Notes: generated by a model from the letters alone, not told the origin. A DNA stretch of 64,000 nucleotides from an uncultured delta proteobacterium (GCA_963745025.1 CAVUWD010000006.1:384001-448000); one strand, 5' to 3'; positions 1 through 9,376 are shown, counted from the first letter of the stretch. Program-made: numbers and translations.

Positions 1-105
1 TCCGCCGCGCCGACGATCTCCTCGACCGGCGGGTGAAGGCGCTGCGCTCCCGCAAAGAGAGACGCAGCGAGGCGGCCGAGTTCGACGCTCGATAGCAAGA
101 GACGC

Positions 106-540
106 GTGTTCCGAACCCACATTTGCGAGATGCTCGGCACGGAATACCCGATCTGGCTGGCAGGAATGGGCGGCGTGTCCGTGGCGCCGCTCGTCGCCGC
201 GATTTCCAACGCGGGAGAACTCGGTGTCATCGGTGCGGCCACACCCGGTCCCGAAGGCTTGCGGCGCGAGAGCCGCAAGACGCGAGAGCTGACCGACAAG
301 CCGTTCGCCGTCGATCTTCTCGCCCCGATCCCCGACATGATCGGGCCGCACATGCGGGTTCATCAAGTGGCCTACTCCTCGCAGCAAGGTGTGACCGACT
401 ACGTCGGCCGCGGCGGCGGTTGTGACCCGGCGGCGGAGATTTTCCGTACGATCGTCGTGGAGGCGGACGGCCTCGTCGAGGGAACCTTCCGAAATGACGA
501 AAGCGACGGGCGACGTGGGCCGGCCGCGGCTCGGCCTTGA
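106..540 (+). pseudogene. Nitronate monooxygenase-family remnant, internally deleted
   Basis: The N-terminus is typical (LGTEYPIWLAGMGGVSVAPLVAAISNAG.LGVIGAA...TDKPFAVDLL), then jumps to C-terminal-like pieces (PAAEIFRTIV.EA). It is only 144 aa, far shorter than the family norm. Confidence 0.7.
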
Positions 541-544
541 CCTG

Positions 545-1089
545 ATGCTGCCGCTCCGTCGTCTCGAAATCTGTCGCCACGCCCCAAGGGATCGGAGCTC
601 GGTGGTGACTGCCTGAGCCCGGAAGGCATTGAGCAAGCCCACCGGTTGGGGCGTTCACTTCGAGACGGTTACACGCATCTGTATTCCTCCGGCGCACAGC
701 GCGCGACCCAAACGCTCGCCTGCATCGTCGCCGGCATGGGTCGCCACGTGCTGAGGGGGGTCGTCGTCAGACCCGGTCTCGGATCACCTCGTGAGGCCGA
801 ATGGCGCGACACCGTTCGTGCCGCGGGGAGCACGAGCCTCGAAAGCTGCTCTCCCAGAATGAGTCTCTGGTCCGCGAGGAATCCGCACGCCTCGCGACGG
901 AGCTGCGCGCGATTCTCGCCGATCTTCCGGAAGGTGCTTACGGTCTCGCGATCGGCCACAGCCCGCTCACGGAATGCGGCGTTTATGGCCTTCACTGGAA
1001 CTTTGTATGCCCCGCTCAAGGAATGCGGTGGATTTTTGATCGTGCAGGTGAAGGGCGGGAGGCTTGATGTGGAAAGCATGGAAGCATGA
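545..1089 (+). pseudogene. Histidine phosphatase (phosphoglycerate mutase-like) family gene broken by frameshifts
   Basis: Pieces in alternating frames join to LEICRHAP / LSPEGIEQAHRLG..YTHLYSSGAQRATQT / ..GLAIGHSP, which gives the RH, LS.xG.xQA, SS..RA.QT and late His motifs. Confidence 0.6.
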
Positions 1090-1108
1090 TGCGTTTATCC
1101 ACGTTTAC

Positions 1109-2443
1109 CTAGCTAGGCCATTCCGCGATACGCTCGGCAGGAACACTTATTGTGAAGACGGAGCCCCCACCATCTCTAGGTTCGTACTTTAGCGTCCCTC
1201 CCCAGTTACGCACAAGGTTACTCGAAAGACCTAGCCCCGCGCCGAGGCCACCGCCGGGCCTCATTCCGACTTTCGGAGTGGACAGCTGAAACAATCGCTC
1301 ACGAGCCTCCGCCGATACCCCCTGGCCGTTATCTATGACAAAGACTTGCGCGCCGTCCCAACCTGGCACTTGGCTTGATCGTATCACTATCGCGCCCGTG
1401 CCGTTGTCCTCGACCGATTTTATGCTGTTCATTACAAGGTTTCTGAGCACATGATATGCATGTTCCCGCTTCACCCGCACGATCGGCCAACGGCCTTCAA
1501 TGGCTAGATTGACATTGCGTTCCTTGCATTCCGAGCTCAAATCCCGAGCGAGTTCACAGACCACATCCACCAATTTGTATGTAGGCGTCTCTTCGTTTTC
1601 CTGACCCAACTGGAACAAGCCCAGAGTGGCAACAGCAGATTCTACGCTGCGCAATCGGTCGTCGATCATGCCAATGAATCTCCCACAGCCAGTTAGATCC
1701 TTCTCTCGACAACTTCTAAGAGCTTCGCTGCACGCGCCGGAAATTGCCGCAAGCGGGCTATAGACATCATGCTGCACCAGGGCGGATAGCAACACCATAC
1801 CCTCTCTCGCCGTCTGCTCTTTGCTGTACGCAACCCCTAGTTCGCGCTTCTGCGTATACACTTCCAGTGTCTTTTCTCTCAGCTGCTCGGCTAGTGTCCC
1901 CGCTAAATATCCGAACACAAAAAACTGCAATATCGATCCAGCGAGCATTATCACCTTCCCCTCCGGCGTGAAATGCGCACCGAAAGCAACGTGCTGATGG
2001 GGTATTAACGCCATTTCCTCTGCCACGACCAGAATGGTGAGACAGAAAGCAGACCATGCTGCGAGTCGAAACGACGTCTTCATCGTGGAAAACGTAGCGG
2101 ACGTCACGATCATAATAATATACGCAACTATCGATATTGGAATATCCAAAGTGCCGAGACAATAGACGATTGCTGTCACGGCCAAAAGGTCGAAAGCCCA
2201 GTGAAAACGGAAATCATCCAGCGGATAACCTCTCTTCTTACCAATCCACCACAATAGAGGATTAACACAAATAAGCAGCGTCAACATTCCGTTTAGCCAC
2301 TGCAAGCCCGCTATTTGCTCACCTATTCCCCCTGCTTTTAGACTCACAAAGAGCGCAAGAAACACAGCCGCCGCCACGCCGCGGATCATCAACCCGCGCC
2401 TATAGATCGTGCGGCGATCTACAGACGACCACGTGACTTCCAT
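1109..2443 (-). CDS. Membrane-bound sensor histidine kinase (multi-TM sensor + HisKA + HATPase), HK2
   Basis: Several hydrophobic helices; H-box LVQHDVYSPL, N-box RNLVMNSIK, G1 IDNGQGVS, G2 GGGLGAGLGLS. Confidence 0.9.
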   Translation of the reverse strand: MEVTWSSVDRRTIYRRGLMIRGVAAAVFLALFVSLKAGGIGEQIAGLQWLNGMLTLLICVNPLLWWIGKKRGYPLDDFRFHWAFDLLAVTAIVYCLGTLDIPISIVAYIIMIVTSATFSTMKTSFRLAAWSAFCLTILVVAEEMALIPHQHVAFGAHFTPEGKVIMLAGSILQFFVFGYLAGTLAEQLREKTLEVYTQKRELGVAYSKEQTAREGMVLLSALVQHDVYSPLAAISGACSEALRSCREKDLTGCGRFIGMIDDRLRSVESAVATLGLFQLGQENEETPTYKLVDVVCELARDLSSECKERNVNLAIEGRWPIVRVKREHAYHVLRNLVMNSIKSVEDNGTGAIVIRSSQVPGWDGAQVFVIDNGQGVSAEARERLFQLSTPKVGMRPGGGLGAGLGLSSNLVRNWGGTLKYEPRDGGGSVFTISVPAERIAEWPS

Positions 2444-2485
2444 TGGGAGCTCGTGATGCTACTTGTTTTCTCGGTAACGCGAAAG

Positions 2486-3910
2486 CTAAGAGCGGCTTGC
2501 CGAGCCTACTTCTCGATTCGCGGTTTTCGGCACGGAGAAGCAAAACCGACTACCCACTCTCGACTGTGACTCGACCCAGATTCGGCCGCCCCACCTTTCG
2601 ACGATCCGCTTCGACATTGCTAATCCCACACCCTCTCCTTCCTGCACGACGCCTGCCACTGTTTGGTCGGGGCCCCGATGATACAGCTGAAATACGCGCT
2701 CGCGTTGTCCACTGCTGATCCCTATGCCGTTATCTGTGACTGAAATGATCCACTCCGTGCCCAACTGATGCGAAGCGATCTGTATTTGCGGATGTGGTTT
2801 GTCGCCCACGTACTTAATGGCGTTATCGATCAAGTTGGTCAAGACGTGCTTAACTTGCGTCTCACTTGCCATTATTGTGGGCAGATCTGTGACCGTGATG
2901 CGCACTCCTTTCGATTCTAACCGCGCGCTCTCCGCTCGAAGGATCGCCTGGGTCACTTCTGCGACATCAATAAGCCGTTCAGCCGCCTCTTGATGATCGA
3001 CACGAAACAGGCGGAGAAGCTGGACCAACATTTCGTTCATTCGTCTCGTGTCGTCAAGTAAATGCTCAGCATATCGCCTAGCTCGATCTCTTACCCCGCC
3101 CCCCTCGATCGCCAATAGACGTCGTGCAGTTTCGGTGGCACCGACTGAGACATTCTTTAGGTCATGGGTTACAATGTGGACAAACCCCTCGATTTCTGTG
3201 TTGCGTCTTTCCAGTTCACGAGTTCTCTCCGCAACTTTGGCTTCGAGAAACTTGTTCTGCGCCTCAATCTGATTTCGCGCACGACCTAGATCCGCGTTCG
3301 CGTACTTCAGTTGGTCCGCCAATGTCCCAGCAAGGTATGCGAAGATGTAGTAGAAGGCGACGGCAAATATCAGGGAAGCGATCCGCATCCCGTCTGTCAT
3401 GTCCATACCCCAGACGTGAGGAGGGTTTATCAGTTCGTAAAGCTGTGCGACTGAAAACACTATAGTCGTCACTGTTGCTGCGGAGGCGACCACAAACGAC
3501 GATCGCTTCGAAAGGAAGGTGGCAGACGTAACGACGATCATCACATACGCCAGGAAGCCGTAAGGGACATCGATTCCTCCGAGCAGATACAAAACCCCCG
3601 AAATCAAAATCAAATCTATCAACCAGTGAATGTAGAACTGGCGTAAAGGGAAAGCGGCTCTTACGGCGGCATACCAGTACAGTCCGTTCACAGCAACGAG
3701 ACAGCCGAGAATACTGAAAAGAGCTGAGAGTTGAAGCTCTGGGAGGTATGTAAGTTCGGCAATGCAAAAGAACACAAACGCGAATGCCCCGCTAACTCTC
3801 GAGCGAAATTGTAGACCGTCGGCAAATTTGTGACGCCGCTCGGGAAGCGGCTCATCAGGACACGGAAGAACGATGTTTAGGTATTCCGAAAACACCATCT
3901 TGCGCGTCAC
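2486..3910 (-). CDS. Membrane-bound sensor histidine kinase, HK1 (paralog of 1109-2443)
   Basis: TM region, coiled coil LEAKVAERTRELE, H-box IVTHDLKN, NLIDNAIKY, DNGIGI, GEGVGLAM. The start is GTG 3910 (directly after the upstream stop) or ATG 3898. Confidence 0.9.
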   Translation of the reverse strand: MTRKMVFSEYLNIVLPCPDEPLPERRHKFADGLQFRSRVSGAFAFVFFCIAELTYLPELQLSALFSILGCLVAVNGLYWYAAVRAAFPLRQFYIHWLIDLILISGVLYLLGGIDVPYGFLAYVMIVVTSATFLSKRSSFVVASAATVTTIVFSVAQLYELINPPHVWGMDMTDGMRIASLIFAVAFYYIFAYLAGTLADQLKYANADLGRARNQIEAQNKFLEAKVAERTRELERRNTEIEGFVHIVTHDLKNVSVGATETARRLLAIEGGGVRDRARRYAEHLLDDTRRMNEMLVQLLRLFRVDHQEAAERLIDVAEVTQAILRAESARLESKGVRITVTDLPTIMASETQVKHVLTNLIDNAIKYVGDKPHPQIQIASHQLGTEWIISVTDNGIGISSGQRERVFQLYHRGPDQTVAGVVQEGEGVGLAMSKRIVERWGGRIWVESQSRVGSRFCFSVPKTANREVGSASRS

Positions 3911-3911
3911 A

Positions 3912-4634
3912 TCAGGAAGGCCAGCGGTTGTTAAGAACCTCTCGCCCGTGTTGCCGCACACCCTGAAGCGCCTCGCTTATGATCCTCACATGGTCGACTG
4001 TTCTTAGGTTCGATGGCGCATGGAATCGGATAGCTTCGCCAAACGTGCTGAGAACACGGCTCCTGGGCAATGGAAGAGCGACCGCGACCCTAAAGTTAGT
4101 CATCCGAACCGCCGGCACTGCTAGTACGGCGAAAGGCACAACAGCAGCGCCAATTGACTTGGCGAGGCTTACGAGACCCGGGGGAACAGTGAAGTAGGGA
4201 CCGTGGCCATCTACAGCCACGAAGGCACTGCACCTTTCCTGTACAACCGTTCGTAGCGACCGAAGGCGAGCCGCTGCGTCCTGAACACTCACGGGCAGAA
4301 TCCTGGCTCCGAGCTCCGTGACTGCAGATTGCATGACAACGCCGCCGAATGAGTCGTCGGCAACGAAGGCAAACTGCTGCGCCAATCTGCGAAGGAAGGA
4401 TGAGGCAAATCCTATGGAAAGCAGCGCCACATGATCCGAAATCCAAAGGGCATAAATTACGGGACCATCTTGCCGTTGCTTCTCGAAAAATTCCGAAATA
4501 CAGGGGTCGTCTCCACCGCAAACAGCCCCGTCAGGGAATGAGAATGCAACCCTCAGTGAGCGCCCAATCAATCTAAGGTATCCACATAAAACCACCGAAG
4601 CGATCCTGGCAGAAACCGTAGCGAGAGATCCCAC
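3912..4634 (-). CDS. DUF374-like / lysophospholipid acyltransferase-superfamily protein
   Basis: Pattern IYALW...; AFVAVDGHGPYFTVPPGLVSLAKSIGAAVVP; LPLPRSRV..FGEAI resembles DUF374 (DGPxGP..VKPG...LA...G.PIVP), but is divergent. Confidence 0.65.
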   Translation of the reverse strand: MGSLATVSARIASVVLCGYLRLIGRSLRVAFSFPDGAVCGGDDPCISEFFEKQRQDGPVIYALWISDHVALLSIGFASSFLRRLAQQFAFVADDSFGGVVMQSAVTELGARILPVSVQDAAARLRSLRTVVQERCSAFVAVDGHGPYFTVPPGLVSLAKSIGAAVVPFAVLAVPAVRMTNFRVAVALPLPRSRVLSTFGEAIRFHAPSNLRTVDHVRIISEALQGVRQHGREVLNNRWPS

Positions 4635-4646
4635 GTCCAGGCAGGT

Positions 4647-4883
4647 CTAGTCAGAAAGGCGATCAAAAAGGCGCTCTAAATCTTGTACCGTCACCAGCGT
4701 AACGACGTCCTCCTCTTTGATTACAATGTCCAACTCCTTCTCTGCGGCAAAAATCAGATTCAATGCGATAATCGAGTCCATTCCGAGGTCTTCGCGAAGC
4801 CGCTGGCTTGGCAACAACGCACTCAAGTCGACGTTGAGCTCCCTGGACAGAATCAGTCTAGCTCGATCAACCAGCTCACGCAC
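4647..4883 (-). CDS. Acyl carrier protein
   Basis: 78 aa and acidic, with the phosphopantetheine motif DLGMDSII. Its start overlaps the ketosynthase stop. Confidence 0.9.
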   Translation of the reverse strand: MRELVDRARLILSRELNVDLSALLPSQRLREDLGMDSIIALNLIFAAEKELDIVIKEEDVVTLVTVQDLERLFDRLSD

Positions 4884-6198
4884 AGCTACCGACGTCCCTT
4901 ATCACCAAGGCAGCGTTCCGAGATCCGAACCCGAAGGTAGGCGATAGCGCGGTGCGAATCTTGGCCTTTCGCGCCTCATTCGGTACGAAATCGAAACCCT
5001 GGCGCAAATCTTCCGGAGCTAGGTTGATCGTAGGAGGCAGCGTGGACGATTCGATCGCTCGCGCGCAGGCAATCAGCTCCAGAGCACCCGCAGCTCCCAT
5101 GGAATGTCCGATCATAGACTTGATTGAGCTCAGTGGAATTTGGGGAACCCGCTCCCCAAAGACGTGCCGCATGATATCGAGTTCGATCGGGTCGTTTCCC
5201 TTCGACCCGACCGCATGAGCGTTAACGTAATCGACTTTGTCAGGGGTCACGTTAGCCTGCTCTAGTGCCAAATAGATCGCCCGCACGCCTTCATCGCCCG
5301 TTGGCAGCGGGGAGAAGCCATGAAAGGCATCGGACGTCGCAGAGTACCCAGAAATCTCAGCTAGCGGTTCCGCACCGCGCTCGGCGGCAGCGTCTTCAGC
5401 TTCCAGAATACACGCTCCGGCTCCTTCGCTCATGACGAAGCCGTCGCGAGCAGCTGCGAACGGGCGAGAGGCGCGCTCAGGACCGTCGTTCTGACGCGAC
5501 ATAACTCCTAGGCGGTCAAATGCCGAAAATAAGAAGGGCTCAAGTGGTGCCTCTGCGCCACCCACGATCGCGCGGTCGATCAAGCCCGCACGGATATGCA
5601 ACAACGCCAGGCCGATAGCGTCAGTGGCCGAGGTACACGCGGTGGAAACGCAGATCGCCGGACCGCGAATATCGAATTGAATCGCTATCTGCGTAGCAAC
5701 GACGCCGGCGTACGACTGAGCTGGGAACAAGGGATGAATCCGGCGTATCCCCTTCTCGAGAAACACCGCATGATTCTCGGCTGCATAAGAGAACGTACCC
5801 ACCGACGTGCCGAAGAAGACCCCGATCCTCCTGGAGTCGGTCCCTTGAATGGAAAGGCGAGCATCCTCGAGAGCCATTCGTGCGGCAGCAACACCTAGCT
5901 GCATGCACCGAGCACTTCCGGATATGGCCTTCTGCGACATGAAGTCAGCGGGACGGAAATCTGGGATCTGGCCCGCCACGCGGGTCCCGTAAGGGGTAGG
6001 ATCAAAGGCAGTGAGCGGTCCAATGCCTGGCCTTCCAGCGACGAGATTCTCCCAAAAGCAGTCGAGGCCCGTTCCGTAGACGGTCACGCATCCCATCCCC
6101 GTGACCACCACGCGCCGATCACGGCCCCCCTGGGCAACGGCGACAGATTTGTGCGCCCCCTCCCCCCCATGACGATCGCTCCTGGTTGTAATTGACAT
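4876..6198 (-). CDS. Beta-ketoacyl-ACP synthase II (FabF/KS-alpha-like), divergent
   Basis: RRVVVTGMG; catalytic Cys in STACTSA; His in VNAHAVG and KSMIGHSMGAAG; C-terminal FGFGSRNA. The exact start is uncertain. Confidence 0.9.
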   Translation of the reverse strand: MSITTRSDRHGGEGAHKSVAVAQGGRDRRVVVTGMGCVTVYGTGLDCFWENLVAGRPGIGPLTAFDPTPYGTRVAGQIPDFRPADFMSQKAISGSARCMQLGVAAARMALEDARLSIQGTDSRRIGVFFGTSVGTFSYAAENHAVFLEKGIRRIHPLFPAQSYAGVVATQIAIQFDIRGPAICVSTACTSATDAIGLALLHIRAGLIDRAIVGGAEAPLEPFLFSAFDRLGVMSRQNDGPERASRPFAAARDGFVMSEGAGACILEAEDAAAERGAEPLAEISGYSATSDAFHGFSPLPTGDEGVRAIYLALEQANVTPDKVDYVNAHAVGSKGNDPIELDIMRHVFGERVPQIPLSSIKSMIGHSMGAAGALELIACARAIESSTLPPTINLAPEDLRQGFDFVPNEARKAKIRTALSPTFGFGSRNAALVIRDVGSCA

Positions 6199-6338
6199 CA
6201 CGTTGCGCGATTATTTTCTGGTGTCGCGCCGAACTCTTACGCTTTAATTTCGCCCTTCTGGGGGTTGCAAGTCAAGAGAAGCTCGTGTCGCGAGGCGCGA
6301 CAGGGTTTTAAAAGGTTTCCCTAAGAGGAGGCAGACAA

Positions 6339-7457
6339 CTGAGGGTCCTCGTTGTTGAAGACAACCGTCGCCACGCTGAGCTGATTTCGGACGAGCTCCA
6401 TGACAGCGCCATGGCGACGCATGTGGATTGGGCGGAGACAGGGGCCGATGCCCTAGAAATCCTGGCGGCTCAGCCAATCGACCTAATCGTTCTCGACTAC
6501 CGCCTTCCCGACACCGACGGGATCGAGTTCATGAAGGCGCTGCGTTCTCGCGGAATTAACACGCCGATCATCTTCGTGACTACCGCCGACTCGGTCCAGC
6601 TGGCCGTCGAGGCCATGAAGCTCGGCGCCGAAGACTTCGTGCAGAAGCAGGAAGGATACCTCGCGGTGCTTCCCCTACTCGTCCGCGAGGCTCTCGAGCG
6701 GCAACGCCTTCGGAACGAGAAAACTCGCCTCGAGGCCGAGCTCCGCCAGGCCGATCGTCTCGCCTCGCTCGGCATTCTCGCTGCAGGGCTCGCGCACAAC
6801 ATCAACAACCGCCTGACCTCGCTCAAAACCTTCTTCGATCTCATTCCCCAGCGTTACGACGATCCCTACTTCCGCGACGAGTTCCTCAAGACCTGCCAGA
6901 TGGACCTGGATAAGATCGCTCTCCTCGTTCGCGAGTTGACGCGCTACGCCTTCACGGAAGACTCACCCCGGCCGCTGCAGCCGCTGACGGACCTCATCAT
7001 GCGGGCGATCGGCCACCTCGACGACGAGATCCACAAGAAGCAACTCCGCATCCGCACCGAGTTTGCCGAGGTACCGCTGCTTCCTCTCGATCCCGAGGGA
7101 GTCAAGCAGCTGTTCATCAACCTGCTGAAGAACGCGATTCAGGCGAGCCCGGTCGGCGGTGAGATTCTCGTCAGCCTGGCTCTCGAAACCCACGCCGAGC
7201 CGCAGATCGTCGCTCGCGTGCGAGACCACGGGCCGGGACTGCCGGCCCAGATGCGCGAACGCATCTTCGATCCGTTCTTCACGACCAAGGATCACGGCCT
7301 CGGAATCGGGCTCTACCTCTGTCACAAGATCGCCAGCTTGCACCGGGGCCGGGTCGAGGCGGGGAACCCGATAGGCGAAGGGGCCGAGTTCGCGGTCTAC
7401 CTACCGGTCGCACCGAGCGAAGAAGGCGCTGCGCCTTCGTCCGAAATGATGAGCTGA
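6339..7457 (+). CDS. Cytoplasmic hybrid protein: N-terminal receiver + histidine kinase (probable CTG start)
   Basis: The receiver beta1 strand and acidic pocket (RVLVVED) lie upstream of ATG 6411. SD AAGAGGAGG (6323-6331) precedes an in-frame CTG at 6339, and there is an in-frame TAA at 6309. Other motifs: LDYRLPD, AHNINNRL, NLLKNAIQA, DHGPG, FFTTK, GLGIGL. Confidence 0.88.
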   Translation: MRVLVVEDNRRHAELISDELHDSAMATHVDWAETGADALEILAAQPIDLIVLDYRLPDTDGIEFMKALRSRGINTPIIFVTTADSVQLAVEAMKLGAEDFVQKQEGYLAVLPLLVREALERQRLRNEKTRLEAELRQADRLASLGILAAGLAHNINNRLTSLKTFFDLIPQRYDDPYFRDEFLKTCQMDLDKIALLVRELTRYAFTEDSPRPLQPLTDLIMRAIGHLDDEIHKKQLRIRTEFAEVPLLPLDPEGVKQLFINLLKNAIQASPVGGEILVSLALETHAEPQIVARVRDHGPGLPAQMRERIFDPFFTTKDHGLGIGLYLCHKIASLHRGRVEAGNPIGEGAEFAVYLPVAPSEEGAAPSSEMMS

Positions 7458-7517
7458 CGGCTTCTGCGACCGGCTCATCTTGAAGCGCTCGCCCGCACGG
7501 GATACCTGTGACAGATC

Positions 7518-8588
7518 GTGCCGACTCCTCAGGAGATTCTCACGCAGCTGAAGCAAGTGACATATCCTGGCTTCAGCCGCGACATCGTCGCCTTCGGCTT
7601 CGTGAAGGACATCGAAGTCGGCGGCCGGGGGGTCACGATCACGCTCGCACCGACGACCGACAACCAAGAGGTGATCGGTGAGATTCGCCGGCGCGTAGTC
7701 GAGACGGTCCAGGCCATGGGCGTGCCGATGGTCGAGATCGTGATCGAAGAGCCGCCGCGCGCGGCGCTCGGTGCGATACGACCGAAGCCCAAAGTCGGTA
7801 ACGTCAAGAAGATCGTCGCCGTGGCGAGCGGCAAGGGCGGGGTCGGCAAGTCGACGGTCGCGGTCAATCTCGCGCTCGCGCTCCGGAGTCTCGGACGCGA
7901 AGTGGGCTTGCTCGACGCCGACGTCTACGGGCCGAGCGTCCCCGTCATGCTCGGCTTGTCGGAGCGGCCGCGCGCCGACGAGGAGAAGCGGATCGAGCCG
8001 ATCGAGCGCCACGGCCTGCGCGCGATCTCGATGGGCCTCTTCGTCGAAAATGCCAAGCCGATCATCTGGCGGGGTCCGATGATCACCAAGCTGCTGGTCG
8101 AGTTCGTGCGCAACGTCTTGTGGGGCGACCTCGACTATCTCGTGATCGACATGCCACCAGGTACCGGCGACGCGCAGCTGACGATCTGCCAACAAGTGCC
8201 ACTCTCCGGTGGCGTGATCGTCACCACACCGCAGGAGGTGGCCCTTCTCGACGTCAAACGCGGCGTGACGATGTTTCGCGAGGTAAACGTCCCCGTGCTC
8301 GGTGTCGTCGAGAACATGAGCTACCACCTCTGCCGCAAGTGCGGAAGCAAGCACGATCTTTTCGGCAGCGGGGGCGGGCAACGGATGGCGGAGAAGTTCG
8401 GGATTCCGTTTCTCGGCGCCTTGCCGTTGGTGCGCGAGTTGCGCGAAGCGGGAGACCGGGGCGCACCGATCGTTGCCGTAGACCCGGATCACGCGCTGAG
8501 CCGCACGTTCGTGGAAATCGCGCAGCACCTCGAACGCGAGCTCGAGCGGCAGCAAGCCGCTCCCGCGCGCGCCCACTTCCTGCAGTAG
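7518..8588 (+). CDS. apbC: Mrp/NBP35 Fe-S cluster carrier ATPase with N-terminal DUF59 domain
   Basis: SGKGGVGKST, DADVYGPS, WRGPM, DMPPGTGD, ENMS..C..C. Confidence 0.93.
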   Translation: MPTPQEILTQLKQVTYPGFSRDIVAFGFVKDIEVGGRGVTITLAPTTDNQEVIGEIRRRVVETVQAMGVPMVEIVIEEPPRAALGAIRPKPKVGNVKKIVAVASGKGGVGKSTVAVNLALALRSLGREVGLLDADVYGPSVPVMLGLSERPRADEEKRIEPIERHGLRAISMGLFVENAKPIIWRGPMITKLLVEFVRNVLWGDLDYLVIDMPPGTGDAQLTICQQVPLSGGVIVTTPQEVALLDVKRGVTMFREVNVPVLGVVENMSYHLCRKCGSKHDLFGSGGGQRMAEKFGIPFLGALPLVRELREAGDRGAPIVAVDPDHALSRTFVEIAQHLERELERQQAAPARAHFLQ

Positions 8589-9091
8589 GAACTCGTCGGA
8601 GGTAAGCGCCGAATCGAGTCGGTTTCGACGCGCAGGGCGTTTCTGCGATCGGCCCAGCCGCACTGCCAGTTCGGACAGCCGCTCCGGCGCGAGGCTCGCT
8701 CGTGAACCTCTATGCCTCGAAGTGGCGCTACCTGTGTAGCGGGCTTCGCAACCACGCTGCGGCGGGACTCGCTTATTGGCGCCTCGAGGCGATCGGCGGC
8801 GAGTACCGTGTCATCGCCAACATCTCCGTCTATCCGCGACGACGTCCAGCGCTTTCGTTACCTCTCGCATCGCCTTGCAGCGAAAATACCTGGACCCCCA
8901 GAGCCTGCCGAAGCCGCACCCGACTTGGCCGCCACGAGCTGCAACACGACAGGTCGGCGACTGTCTCGTGCGCGTTTACCGCAGGCGGCCGCGGGCGACC
9001 GTCTGGAAACGGTGCTCCGCGCCCACGGAACCGCAGCGGCCGAGGTGCACGACGAGCACCCGGAACGCATCGCGCACCGGCGCGGAAGCTT

Positions 9092-9376
9092 TCAGAGAAA
9101 CATTAGCAGCGGAAGGAGGGCCGAGCCGATCGTCATAGCCACGTAGCCGACCGAAAACAGAATTTTGCCCGCGGTTCCTCCTGCAGTCGAACTTTCCGCG
9201 CGAAGGAACGGGTCGTCCGCGTCGTCTTGGTCCAGCACCTCTTCCTGTCCCCCGTCGTCCGCGGTCTCCATATTCGGATTCGCATCCTGGCCAAGCGACG
9301 CCGAGCACGCACCGATTGTCGAAGCGCAAACAAAGACGAACAGGATCAGCACGAGCGCCTTGTTTTTGCGGCTCAT
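9092..9376 (-). CDS. Small exported/membrane protein
   Basis: Basic-hydrophobic signal-like N-terminus, acidic linker and C-terminal TM helix; divergent from priA. Confidence 0.6.
   Translation of the reverse strand: MSRKNKALVLILFVFVCASTIGACSASLGQDANPNMETADDGGQEEVLDQDDADDPFLRAESSTAGGTAGKILFSVGYVAMTIGSALLPLLMFL

Noticed and set aside
4647-6198. Aromatic type II PKS or housekeeping fab cluster
   Set aside because: There is no chain-length factor, cyclase, fabG, fabD or fabH, and the neighbours are kinases.
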